Assembly: GCF_964204645.1 (NCBI RefSeq)
Contig: NC_134032.1
Location: forward strand, 6,126,275-6,190,274
Direction: 5' to 3'
Origin: Tubulanus polymorphus
Taxonomy: Eukaryota; Animalia; Nemertea
DNA length: 64,000 nt
The translations under genes and the position numbers were made by a program. Within the stretch, counting starts at the first letter, position 1, and every line of letters starts with the position of its first letter. Shown here piece by piece: positions 49,070-62,000 of this stretch. The notes beneath the pieces were generated by a model. It had not been told where the DNA came from. It ran no database searches and saw nothing but the letters and a program-made list of their open reading frames with translations.

Positions 49070-49539
49070 TGATACCGCATATAAAGCATTGCGTTTTATG
49101 TTACGTAGGACATATGTGATGAAAATAGATATGAATGCTCGACATAGTCATAGATCCTTTGTTAATTTGTTTCCTTTTTTCCAGTTCACAAGAGACCAAT
49201 TCAAACAGAAAATAATGTACGTGTATCTAATACTGATGAAATTACTGGTAACAGGCAAACAGTAAACAGTAAAACAACTGTGAAAAGTATTGATAGTGGT
49301 AAGTCTTTAATATCAAATAGGCTACAGTTAGTAACCTTTCCTTTACTAAGTTATGTTTATTGATCTTTGAATATTATAGCTATATTTTATGATTTTTGTT
49401 ATAGGGGACATCTTTCATTGGTCATCCGTGCTTAATCAATATTTTTAGCCCATTATTAGTCTTGCTAAAAAAAACAGAATATGCCTAAATTTGTTAGTTT
49501 TTTCTGAACAATATCATATTAAATTCTTTTATTTTCAGA

Positions 49540-49981
49540 CAAACAACAAATGCCTGATATCATTCACCTTCGTACAGAAATTGATGAGGACTTTAGTAAA
49601 ATGGGGAAGAAGAAGCGTCCACTTTGGGAAAAAATTGCTGAAAAATTGAAAGAAGGTTATATATATACTTGCGAGCAGATTAAAGCTGAATGGAACAATT
49701 TGGTTCATATGTACAAACAAACCTGTGATAAAAACAATCAAACTGGGAACTCCCCTGCAACGTGAAAATTTTTCGATGAGTTGGACAATATCCTAGGCTC
49801 CAAGCCCAACACCTGTCTTGATTTCACTGTCTCAGCATTTGAAAATCTCAACAATAATGATATTGAAGAGAGTGACATTAGTACTAGTGATGATCCTTCA
49901 GATTTATTACCCCAGAACCCCCCAAAGCGCAAAAGGCCAAATAAACGGACGCAGGAGAAAATGATACCTTGTTTCTCCTAA
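49540..49981 (+). pseudogene. Harbinger Myb/SANT (trihelix) DNA-binding gene, last exon
   Basis: LWEKIAEKL...TCEQIKAEWNNLVHMYK..DKNNQTGNSPAT*KFFDELDNILG, with a TGA at a Trp-like position. Confidence 0.8.
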
Positions 49982-50559
49982 TCAGCCGGGTAATTTTTTA
50001 TATTGCAATAAAATTTGTAATCAGTTTTCATTTTTATAACTGCCGGGTCCGATCATGGTTTAATAATGTACAGGGTAGATAGGCAGCTGGCTGGGTCAAC
50101 TTTTTAGCTCAGCAATGAGGAGAAACAATGTATCCTATTAACAATGTAGCCTAGGATTGGTGTATTTAGTTTTGAAGTGATTTCTTTTACATTTTTCTAC
50201 GAGTGTTCAGTAATTGGTCAAATCTTACCTAGAAGCTCAAGTGATATAGTATCTAGTAGATTTTACTAATGCATACATGATATTGTATAATGAAGATCTC
50301 AGGAAATTAACAAGTTTTGTTGTTCTGTTAATCACTGTCAAGATGGCGGTATAAGAGAACATTTAAGACATTTGGGGCTCACATTTATAATTTTTAAGTT
50401 TTTGTTTATAATAAACGATTTTATTTAAGTTTTATGTCAGATATTTTTATTATTTCCTTCAACATTTTGTGTTTTTCTGTAAGGAGAGCCTCATGTGTTG
50501 GATGTAGACATCAAATTGAAATATTTTGGTTTATCTTAACATTGTACGGACCTTGGTTT

Positions 50560-50728
50560 CCCAAGATTAATCCTATTGGATTGTTCATTTAACCTCACGA
50601 CGGGACCACAGCCTTTGAAGAGTCACCCGCAAACTGTAAGCAGCCCCAGCAGGACTCGAACCCACTTGTCACTCGCCACTTATAGTACACCAGCATTACG
50701 CCTTATTCAAGTCAGCTACCAAGGCCGC
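50560..50728 (-). mobile_element. tRNA-derived SINE-like insertion
   Basis: Minus strand GCGGCCTTGGTAGCTGACTTG (A-box-like) ... GGGTTCGAGTCC (B box); spacing too irregular for a tRNA. Confidence 0.5.
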
Positions 50729-50988
50729 GCTCTTGTTCACCAATTTATCATTCCTCTTGTCCTCAAGTCAAATCAAATAGGAATCTCTGGTTGAAAATAG
50801 AATGCATCGTAGAATAAAAAAACTAACCATTAAATTTTATTTCTAAGAGATTTATTAAACCAATTTCTGGGACAAATCTAATAACAAAACCACATGTTGA
50901 GTGACTGGTTCTATGGAAATGTCTGCATCAATATTTAAGTACAAATTTACAAATTGAATCAAAACAAGAGATTAAACGGTAAATGTCA

Positions 50989-52288
50989 TTACAAACCAGT
51001 ATTAAGTAGCACAGATATAATATCTCTTTTCTGTCGCCCATTTACAGATTCTCCTTCCATTTCACATAACACTGGTACATTATTCTCCTGCATGTTATGC
51101 AAGCCCTCTTGCATATAATCCTCAAATTCTCCGTCAGTTAACATGCAAATGTTGTGAAGTACAAAACAACTACTAATGAAGTTCATCATCCGTTCCATGT
51201 CGCTCATATCTATATATTTCAAACGTCGGAATCGGCCTTTTGAAATACCAAAAGTATGTTCAACCCTCATGCGTGTTGAGCTATGTTTGAAATTGAAATT
51301 TTTCTGTATTCTGGTTACATTGCCAGTGTCTTTGAAAGGGGTAATAAGGACACTGCTCAGAGAATACGCAGAATCTCCAAGTAAATGACTGTTAAGAGGA
51401 AATATACTTTCTTGGTTATCAGTACTTTCGATTGCATGTCATAAGGGAGAATTTCGAAAAACACGAAAATCATGGATTGATCCAGGCCAACCAGTATAAA
51501 CGTCAATAAATTGATAGTCACTATCACAGATAGCACATACGTTTATGGAATAAAACTTTTTTCGATTGATGTATGCTTCTGGACTCTTGACTGGTGCCTT
51601 TATTGGTATGTGCGTGCCGTCCACAGCGCCTAAAACTTTCGGGAATCCTTGAAGTCCTTCGAAACCCGCCAATATTTCTTTCGCACGTTCCAATGATGGC
51701 CACTTTATAACCTTTGGCATGACCTGTCTAACCACACAGGCAGATACCTTAACTGAAAAAAAAACATACAACAAATACTTATTACATTACAATTATAAAT
51801 TTTCCATCAAAACTAGTTTCAAACGACTCACCGATAATTTTATGCACGGATGCTTCACACACGCCAAACATGTAAGCAATATGCATGAGTGTTGCCTGTG
51901 TTCCTGCATAATATAAGTAAACAAGTAGTTGTTTTTCCACGGGTATATTTCGTGTACCACTTTCGATGATGTACGGTCCAACATACTCCAAAACCCTATC
52001 AAATGTTTCACGAGTCATTCTAAAACGTAGCCTAAAGTCCTCTGGCAGATATCTACTTACTGTAACGTCACAGTAATTTGCAATCCGATTTACAGATCTC
52101 CTCTTTTTGTGTTTAACACATTCAAAAACATTTATCAGAACACAAGCTGGGGTCGATGACGAACGTTTTAGAAGCGTATTTTGATAACGGTTTGAACGAA
52201 TACTGTTATTGGTCACAGAACCAACAGAGGAAGACAATTCAGCTATCGACAAAACGCAGATGATTTTCTTCTCGCTATCATCGGCCAT
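50989..52288 (-). pseudogene. Harbinger transposase (exons 52288-51832 and 51752-50989; one in-frame TGA at 51439)
   Basis: FRLRFRMTRETF, GAVDGTHIPI, GWPGSIHD, LLGDSAY, RMRVEHTFG..KGRFRRL, LHN. Phase-1 GT-AG intron. Confidence 0.9.
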
Positions 52289-52815
52289 TTTGAATACCCC
52301 ACACAGTAAACCGTCGCATTTGCTCACACTACGGCAAACCGGTTTGTGACGTTATAAACCGAAATAAACCAGTTTGTTCAAACCGCTTTCAAACGAATGC
52401 GCCTCTGATACAACCGCACCCGCGTCTGTCAATCATCTTTATTGATTCATATACTAAAATGTAGACTATGAAAAAACTATGGGGTGAATCAATCCGGATT
52501 TTTTCAGTAGAATGTCAGACACTAGGTACCTTTCTTTAAAGGTTTATTTGTTGTATGACATCAAATAGGTTACCGTATATAATACTTTATTCATAACTTT
52601 GAAGCGGCGCGCCGACGGTGTCCCGACAGTGACAAATAAGATAGATTTTAAATTCAATTTTACTTTTATTTACCATGTGCTTACCATTGTTACATCAATT
52701 TCCTGTATTTAGTACATAATTCTGATACTGGCGGCGCCACTGCATAGTCTATAGTTATTTTCACCCAGCTTCGGTGACACTCCCGACAGAGAAGACGATA
52801 AACGCATGTTGTAAT

Positions 52816-52956
52816 AAAGAACCTCCGAACGCTGGGTTCTTAATAATATATTAATAGAACCTCTGAACACTGGGTTCTTAATATAGAAATAGAACCTCTG
52901 AAAACTGGGTTCTTAATATAGAAATAGAACCTCTGAATACCTCTAGGTTCTTAATA
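52816..52956. repeat. About 35-bp tandem repeat, 4 copies, in the BEL 3' UTR
   Basis: AGAACCTCTGAA(C/A)ACTGGGTTCTTAATATAGAAAT units. Confidence 0.9.
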
Positions 52957-53067
52957 ATTAACATTCAATCTCTTCGATTTTAAAGTACAGTACAGTTAAT
53001 GTCCGCGAAACGCAAAATCGTTTTAACATAAATTATATCCAACTTAATGTCAGTTCAATTCGATACT

Positions 53068-54210
53068 TCATAGACGATTGTCACTGATGAAGTCCTGTAA
53101 AAGTTCTCTGGCTTTCACCGTAGCTTTCCTTACCGGTCGTTTTAGGATAATGTTTTCGGTGGGTGGTTCGATTTCTCCATCCGATATTGATGACTCACTA
53201 CTTTCCACTTTTCCGGGACACTCTAATGGATATAGTGTATTGATAGCGCGTCTGGTAGTATTTCCTGATGGAAGTTTCACCACTACGGAACGACATTCTC
53301 CATCTGAGCTTGAAAAATTTTCTTCAATTTTCCCAAATTTCCAGGAACCTCTGGGCAAATTGTCTTTTATCAAAACAATATCCCCAACCTCAGGCACAAA
53401 TGGTGACTGTGAATGAGGCGCTTTTAATGTAAACTTTTTTCTTTCTCGCAGACTGAGGAGATAGTCTTTATACCAAACTACCCAGAATTTATTCAGGTGT
53501 ATTTGACCTTTTTTCCACAGACTGGTCATTTTTTCTCCAGAACTCATTCCAGGCCGCTCATAATCTGGGTCATCAATTTCATCATCGATATGAACATTAT
53601 CAGCTGGAATTCCTGTGTTAGTCTTAATAGACAAGAAATCCCCAGGTGTTAAGGCAACACCAGAGTTTATATCTTCACCAACATACACGATAGGTCTCGA
53701 GTTAACCACAGCTTCCACTTCTTTCAGAATTGTGATTAACTGATCACCTGAAAGGCTTAAATTTCCGATAGCTTTTCTTAGTGATTTTTTCACCACACCG
53801 ACCATTCTTTCATACACGCCACCTTTCCAGGGTGCTAATTCAGTAATATACCGCCTAAGAATTCCTTCATTGGCTGCATAACCTTTGATATCAGGATTTG
53901 TCATCAATTTCTTCCAGACAAATGCCAGAGTTGCATCAGCTAACTTAAACTGAGAGGCATTATCCGAGATTATGTTTTTAGGTTTTCCACGTTGAGCAAC
54001 AAATCTTCTCAGACATAGCAAAAACTGACTCGTGCTCATGTCTCGAACCATCTCCAAATGTATTTCCCTAACTGTAAGGCAGGTAAACAGACAAACCCAG
54101 ACTTTCATTACTTCATTTGCTTCTCGAATGTACGGAGGACCAAAGTAGTCCAAGCCAGTATAAGTAAATGGAAGAGATCTACAGACTCTTTCATTCGGCA
54201 GTGGTTGCAT
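53068..54210 (-). CDS. BEL/Pao integrase and C-terminal domain (open portion)
   Basis: PFTYTGLDYFGP, IHLEMV, IISDNA, WKGGVYERMV, EAVVNSRP, FW..WYKDYL, PRGSWKFG. Confidence 0.9.
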   Translation of the reverse strand: MQPLPNERVCRSLPFTYTGLDYFGPPYIREANEVMKVWVCLFTCLTVREIHLEMVRDMSTSQFLLCLRRFVAQRGKPKNIISDNASQFKLADATLAFVWKKLMTNPDIKGYAANEGILRRYITELAPWKGGVYERMVGVVKKSLRKAIGNLSLSGDQLITILKEVEAVVNSRPIVYVGEDINSGVALTPGDFLSIKTNTGIPADNVHIDDEIDDPDYERPGMSSGEKMTSLWKKGQIHLNKFWVVWYKDYLLSLRERKKFTLKAPHSQSPFVPEVGDIVLIKDNLPRGSWKFGKIEENFSSSDGECRSVVVKLPSGNTTRRAINTLYPLECPGKVESSESSISDGEIEPPTENIILKRPVRKATVKARELLQDFISDNRL

Positions 54211-57200
54211 GTTAGTTGGTTTTTACGGTCCACCTTCATAATACCGGCAAGTTCTGCAGCTTTTTATGACTCTGTTGACTTCAACTCTACCGCTTGGCAC
54301 CGTACTCACAGTGCTCACTGCGAACATCAGCTAATGTCTGGGATGTCCCACTGTGCAGATTCTTTTGATGATAATGGGTTATTATCAGATTAGTATATTC
54401 ATTTTTCTTTGGTAGTAATTTTGGCTGTCTACTACCTTCTGACATGTCGCTATTCACCAGCCAACCAGCACATCTGATGACGGAATTTTCATCTAGTAAC
54501 AAACCTAACTGCTGTTTCAGTGTGTTTTTCTGGTTATGTTTTACAGCATAAAGTATATCAGCATATGTCGATTTCTGAGTGGCTTTATCCCACATCAGTT
54601 TAGCTGTCTCCAATAATTCAGCTGACAGATCAGAATCAACTTTTTTCTTCATCAAAATGTCGAGGAATTTTATGATCCATGCCGTCACTCTCAAGAGTTT
54701 TAACCAAGTTGAATAATTTTTTGTTTCAAGACCAAAGGGACCTAGGTTTCTTCCTGTTAGGCCCTCTCCAGCCACGAGTTTTAACTAGCTTGAAACGACT
54801 TCCTTGAAACTGACAATGATCTCTGAATCTACTGTTTTCTGGATATCTTCTGAGTTTAGTACATCAGTATTCCAGGATGGCCATTTATCATGAGATATCA
54901 GTAACCACTCTGGACCATGCAACCAACTTATGTTGTTTTTAATTTCTTCACAGGTTTTCGGTTTTGTGGCGAGATCAGCTGGGTTTATTTCTGATGCTAT
55001 ATATCTTCAGACTTCAAAATTTCAGTAATCCTGTTTTTAACAAAATTTGTTAAAAACAGGATTACTGAAATTTTAAACTTTTCTTTGTTTTCAGCCGTTT
55101 GAGGACACATTGTGAGTCGGTCCACAAAACTCTACTTTTAATTGGCAAAGAAAGCTCATCTTCAATGAATTTCAAACTCCTATCTCCTATCAAGACAGCT
55201 AAGAGTTCCATACGAGGAATAGTTATCTTATTCCCTTTAGGGGCTAAACGAGCTTTAGCAAATACCAGGTTAACACGACAGACGTCACCGATAGTTACTC
55301 TTAAGTATACAACAGCAGAGTATACACGATTTGAAGCATCACAGAAGCACAACAGCTGATAAATGTCTTTATCACCAATACCAATATAGCGTGGTATTTC
55401 TATGTACTGTAAGTTCTTCAACTCTCGAGAAATTTTCTGCCATCCTTTCATCTTGGCTGAATCCAGTTCATCATCCCATTTCATCTCTTCACTCCATAAT
55501 TTTTGGAGAAATAGTTTGCCATCAATAACAATAGGCGCCATATACCCCATAGGGTCATACACCGATGCAATATCACTAAGTACTGTCCGCTTAGTTACGG
55601 TCTCATGTGTAGAATCGTGAGGCGAAGGAATTTTTAAGGTATCATCAACAGTAGACCACCAAATACCCATCACCTTCAATAATTTTCTTTCATCACGATC
55701 ACTCTCTGGTATACCGTTTAACAATTTGCTTGAGTTCGAGGCGAATTCTCTTAAATTCATACCTGCACTGTGAAACAATTGTTTTGCTTCATGGTAAAAA
55801 TTAAGGGATTTCTCATCATTCTGACAATGTGTTTTTTCTTATTTTCTTAGCCACGTCAGTGTCAGCTTCTCGCATGAGATGATCAATTACAGCAGCGGGT
55901 AAGAAGGGACTAGAAATTATACCGAATGGTACACGGCAGAATCTGTATATTTGAATATTGTTTCTGACATCAGGGATTTCATCATTCTTCAAACCAGAAA
56001 AATCTGGTTACATCTCTGTCAGGTAACTGCAGCGCCACCTGCAGAAATGCCTTTTCGACATCAGCAATTATCGCCACCTGATAAAGACGAAAACGTAACA
56101 GCAAGCCACAGAGATTTTGCAGCGGAACTGGATCTCTAAACAAGCTTCCATTCAGACTACTGCAATTTTTTTTCGCTTGGCGGATGCATCATATACCACT
56201 CTGACCTTGGTTGTAGATTTCATTGGTGTTACTACGGCATGGTGGGGAATATAATGTTTCACTGGACCACCAGAATTTTCATTGATTACTCGTTCAATAA
56301 CGCCTTTCTCTAATTGATCTCTTATGATACTTGCAGAGCGTTTAGACAAGTCAGGAGATCGATCAAATCTTCGAAGAAGAGATTTTAATCGCCAGTAGGA
56401 GATTGTTGTCGGGCCTTGTTGTCGGGCAGTTCCAACTCCATGGCCATTTTACAAAATATCTTTCATTCTCATACTTCAAAGTTTCTTCAAACATCTTCAA
56501 AACATTTTCATGACTGGAGGTTATTGGATCAGTTATGCCTACAGACTCTAGCTTCCACCGGTCTTCAAGGTTTAGACCTTGAGTTGGGTATCTGTAAGTG
56601 TAAACCCAAATTGAAAACCCTCAATATGATTGCCATTCGACAAAGCAATCATACTTATTTCATCATTTCTAGTTTCTGAATCAAATCTTCCGGCAAATAC
56701 CCATCTTAATTTGGATGAGAGAAGGTATAAGCCTTCAGCAATTTGGATTTTCTCAGGTAAAATAAAATCCAAGTAGTAATAATTGCCCACCAGTATGTGG
56801 ATCACTGAACACTCCGCCGAACATGGAAATGAATCAGCTAATTGTAGATCTTTCCACAATCATTTCATATTTTTGAAGACTTCAGCGTTCAGTGGAGATC
56901 TAATCATTTTTCCAGTGATTTTTGGAACAATGTTGACCGACATTCGTTTATATGAACCATCCTTTAAAAGTATATCCACTTTAGCTGTTGGTGAATTGAC
57001 AGCTTTTGGTTTGTCACATCCAAATGTGACCACAGAAAATTGTTCAGTTTTATTAGACTTCAAGTTAAGTTGTTTCACCAATCTTTCAGAGACATAGTAC
57101 CGTTGACTACCAGTGTCGAAAAGCATTTTTTGTGATATTATTTTTTCTGGATCACAAATTACTGTAGTTGCCGTTTGCATTACGACTGCTTCTCCAGAAA

Positions 57201-59057
57201 CAAACAAACTTTCTTCTGATTGTAGAGATTTAGCTTCATTTGATTGAACCTCGATAGGGGGCGCCGCAGCTGCCAACTCCGAGCCAAATTTTCTGGGGCA
57301 CAGACTGCGGTGATGTGCCTTTCTTAAGCCACAGTGTGCACATATACGATCTGTGACCCAACTACTTGATTGATGGCCCTTTTTAAGGCATTAAGGCAAA
57401 TATAACAACAATCAATTAATTGATTGATTGTTCCTATCTGCAATGGTTTTAAATTTTGAGCATTTATCAGACCAATGCGCAGCTTTACAGTATATACAGC
57501 TTGGAGTAGATGGTTAACCAACTGACAGTGCCTGCGAAGTTCTTGGAAAAATTTTAGGCTGAGGCGATTTTCCATTAGTTGGTTGTTTGTGGGAACCATT
57601 TGTCTTTTCTTCATTTGAGGAAACTGTCGAAGAACATTCTTCAGCCACTTCTCGGGTTGAATGTAAGCTTTCAGCTTTTCCCGTAAACTATAAACTGACC
57701 ATTTCTCACCAGGGTCTTTTTGCAGCTCCAGCTGTACTCTGACTTCCTTCGATAATTTCGAATTTATTACCGAAACAAATACGTCTTGACTGATATTTTG
57801 ATTAAGTGTCTCACGGCAACGAAATTGTTGTTCTAACTCATCATAGGTAGCACGTAATCTAACCACTGTGTAGTTGCTGGGGTAACATTCATCAATTTGG
57901 GGTAATGAGCACTTATTGACGACTGTTCATCACCAAATCTGTCCATTAATATAGTACAGGCTACTCCACACTCGTGATAGCAATGCCCTGAATTGAATCA
58001 AGGGCAGCACCAGACAGCATACTTTTCAGGTACGCCAATTTTTCAATCAGAAATTTTAGTATTTCTACCGACAGTAGCCTCAAATTGGTCCATAAATTCT
58101 TTGTATTTCAATACGTCTCCGTTAAATGAACGTATTTTCAATTTAGGTAGCTTTGCGGTTTGTTCTTAAATAGCGGTGGTACCCGCAGCTGGACTTGTAG
58201 GTTTACTACTGCCAATTAATTCTTTTCTTTTTTTCAATGCTGGTTAGCCTTGCTATCCAGTCAGAGGCATTTGACGGCAAACGCTCAAACAAGGTCAGTG
58301 TCGTAGGCCAACGATAACACGAAACAGACCACGGTTTTGCCGGTTAAGAGCGTCTCTCCACACAAATTAGAGGGACTGTAATGGTCCAGTTAAGTTGACA
58401 CTCACCTTCAATAAACTTCGTATGGATAAAATCAAGATAATTCCACCTTAACTATATTTCCACTATTCAACGATCGATGCGCAGCTTAAACATGGCGCCG
58501 CCATTCAATACGCTAGTCACGATGTATCTCTACACACATCAAAGTCACACGTGAATTACAAGTGTTGACTTATGGGAAACGATCGAAATCTAGCAATTTG
58601 GTTGGGAAAAAAGCAGCACTATAGTTGAAAAAAGTTGATAAACCACTTCCGATTGTCTAATCATTTAAAAGCTTTGCCTTCACATGGAACTATTTCCGCC
58701 TTATCACAGGTGCACTCGTGCCGCCGTGATTCGCCCATTCAACGATAAAAACTTTCCCACGGTCTTACTATCGGCATTTTCTAATAAGTTAGGGAAATAT
58801 TCTTTAAAAAAGCGAAATTTCACACTCTGCATTAATAAGATTAGAGTATTTATTCGTTTGACAAATCTTGCTCCGGACTCCCACCAACAAGGTATAAGTG
58901 GCGACACGAAAATGACGTCAGCGACTCACTACCATCTTATAACCTTCATGACTAAGGTAAAGATTATCATTAATACACGAAATATATTGTTCTATATTGT
59001 AGGTTTTTATAGGGTCTATCATTGCGACATTGCACTGGATTGAAGAGGATAAGGGTC

Positions 59058-62000
59058 TGTACTATTAGCTCTTCAAGTACTTGGAGTGACTAAAATAGGG
59101 TCACGTATGATGATTGAACTTTCCCACGTCACTCAAGTACGATCGACTAATACGTACACTATCCGTATGGCCTGCCTGGTCTCGATATCTGACATGATGG
59201 CAGGAAACCTTACGTCGTTAGAAAATGCGTAGGACAGGACAAGAACTATAGCATTAGTAATGAGTTAGCGTTTAAATAATGACCAGGGGCCAACTGTCGA
59301 GAACGACATGTTTCGCACCATGTATACTATACAGTAACCCTATACTGTAGTTATAAAGTTAGATGCTGTTTAGATTCACAAAATACAACACGCTCGTCGA
59401 CTTTGCTCCTTCGGATCTGGCCAACTCTGTGGTGATAGTCACTCCATCACATTTGGTGCCGTGACCAGGATCATGTCGACGACATTGGAAAATGCGAATG
59501 ACGAAACTGAGCGTCAAAACGCAATGGACCAAACGAGCTGTCCTACAGCATCTCGGTTGGCCCTCCGAGGGCAGTATCTAAATATCTCAATCGTGCAGAA
59601 GAGGTCTACCAGGGCCTACAATCCGGATCAACAGAAGTAGGCCGAAGTTCAGGATCTAGTAGCAATCATATCATCAGCAGTCGCAAAGCTAAACCTCACA
59701 CAAGAACTCGATCAAATAATTCTCTCGTTGACACCTCATGAAAATCTACAATCATCCATCACATAAGCGGATGATTTCGCATTCGAACGGATTATCGAAA
59801 TACAGATAAAGTACAGATTCGTTATTGAAACGTTCAATAACGACACGAAACGGACGACAACGACCACTGATCAGCCAATTAACAATAAATCAAGGCAAGT
59901 CAATTTACCTAAGTTACATTTACCGACTTTCAACGGGAATTTACTACAATGGATCTATTTATAGATGCATTCGAATCAGCTATCCACAACGATACCGGAT
60001 TAGACGACATCTAAAAATTCCAGTATCTTCGCAACTCAGCAGAGAAGCGGCCCGATGCATCCCGATGCGTCGAGGGCTTATCACTGACAGAAACAAATAC
60101 GTCGAAGCCATTGAAGTCTTGAAAGTACGGACAAACTCATGAATTGATCAACGTTTATATGAAGGCATTGTGGGAATTGCCAAAACCACGCGAAAATATA
60201 CAACAGATGAAAAAGTTCTACGATGAACTGGAAGGCTATATCAGGGTTCTAAAATATATCGATAAGAACGAGGAGAGCTAGATTTCTAAGACCGGGAATT
60301 GAAACTCAGATCACACGCGACCATGGTGACTCAGCATGGAATTTAACTAAATTGAAGAAAGCGTTGCAGAATGAGATTCAAGCGGGTTTTACAGGACAAG
60401 CCATTCAAAGTGTGCTCATCAGCGATTCAGAAGATGAAACCACAGACACGTCGTTATTAATTCATCACAGAAACCAAGTCAAACTAGCCGTCTAGACCGT
60501 AATTATAAAATTCAATGTAACTACTGCACGAAAGACCAAAAATCAAGGGATTGTCTGATCTATAACACTCTGGAAAAACGGATGGATATAGTGAAAAGAT
60601 AAAATCTCTGCCGAAATTGTTTGAGGAAAAATCACAAGGCCAGAGACTGCAGGTCACGCTATTGCTGTTCCGTATGTTCAGATAAACACCATACATCTCT
60701 CTGCGGCAAAAAACCACAATCAGCTGGTCGTAACGATCAGAACTCGCGACGGAATGACAGGCAAATGTACATCGGCGTGCTAAATTCACAAGACTCAATC
60801 ACCGTATCGACGTCAGTCGTTTTAAAGACAGCTGTTGCTGAAATTACTGATGAAAAACATCAAAGCTCCGAGACCGTCAGCATATTGTTTGATGAAGGTC
60901 GATCCGAACTTGGATCACGGGGGTAACTGCCGTGAAATTAAACTTGAAACCGGAGTCAAGCGGAATACTGAATCTTTCGATCTTTGGAGATACTAAATCT
61001 AAACAATGGAAATACGACCGGGTCAAGTTAGCCATTAAAACCGAAATTGGAGACGTGCCGATAAGCGCACTCGTAAAATCGAACATTACGACACCTATGA
61101 GTAATCACATCAAAGATACGTGAAACTTACATTATTTATCGGGTCTGAAACTGGCGCACCCTGTAAGCGGTCGCGAATCGTTCAAAATCGCTCTATTAAT
61201 TGGATCCGACTACTACTGGTCCTTAGTTGAGGACAAAGTCGTCAGGGGCAACGGCCCGACAGCGGTTGCATCAAAACTCGGATATCTTCTTTCGGGTCCG
61301 CAAAAAAATTCGAGTCACGACCGTCGTGACTACGCGAACTTTATCCTCACCGATGATACTCATAAACGAGACCAACTCGAAAACTTTTGGAGAGTCGAAA
61401 CTCTCGGGATAAAACACCCGATAATCGAACTTACGTTTGAAGATTACGCGACGGATTGTATCGAAATGGCGGGAAACCAATACGTTGCGCATCTACCGTG
61501 AAGGCCGGAACACCCTCCATTGCCGACCATAGACTGAACACAGCCAACCGAACGCAAGCGATGGTCAGGAAACTAAATAACGATACCTGGAAAATCTATG
61601 ATCGAATCAGCGAAGATCAAAAAGTGCTTGGATTCAACGAGACGATCCACGAGGAAAACGAATCCGAAGGTCATTATATACCGCACCACTCGGTGAAGAA
61701 AGACTCAGCTACAACACCAATTCGCGTCGTCTATGATTGAAGCTTCCGTACGCGTCAGTCACCGAGTTTAAATGACTGCCTGGAAAATGGACCGCGGGGG
61801 CTACTGGTTAACGATCTTGGTTCGTTCTTGATGAACTTTCGTACATTCGACGTTGGGCTTAGTAGTGACATCAAAAAGGCCTTCCTACAGGTGGGCCTAA
61901 CCGAGCCAGACCGGAAATTCACGAATTTTTTTCTGGCTAAGCGACCCAAACGATCCCGAAAGCGAATTCATTACGTATCGATTTAAATCTGTATTATTCG

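Larger units (their letters stand above)
48007..52404. mobile_element. PIF/Harbinger DNA transposon
   Basis: About 39-bp imperfect TIR AGGCGCATT(T/C)GTTTGAAA(C/G)CGGTTTG. 3-bp CTG TSD (48004-48006, 52405-52407). Convergent transposase and Myb/SANT genes. Confidence 0.92.
52600..58250 (-). mobile_element. BEL/Pao LTR retrotransposon, degenerate; 5' LTR not found
   Basis: Gag LPKL..FNGD, protease LFDTGSQR, RT HYIPHHAV..KVRVVYDAS, RNase H FCDAS..AKARLAP..IPRMELLA..WTDS, integrase. Putative 3' LTR 52779-52600 (TGT...CA on the minus strand, after GTCGGGAG). Confidence 0.9.

Noticed and set aside
51439-51441. Selenocysteine or readthrough TGA in the Harbinger transposase
   Set aside because: No SECIS recognised, the position is not Cys-like, and the partner gene is also disrupted.
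52816-52956. CRISPR-like array
   Set aside because: Contiguous tandem units without spacers, in a retrotransposon 3' UTR.
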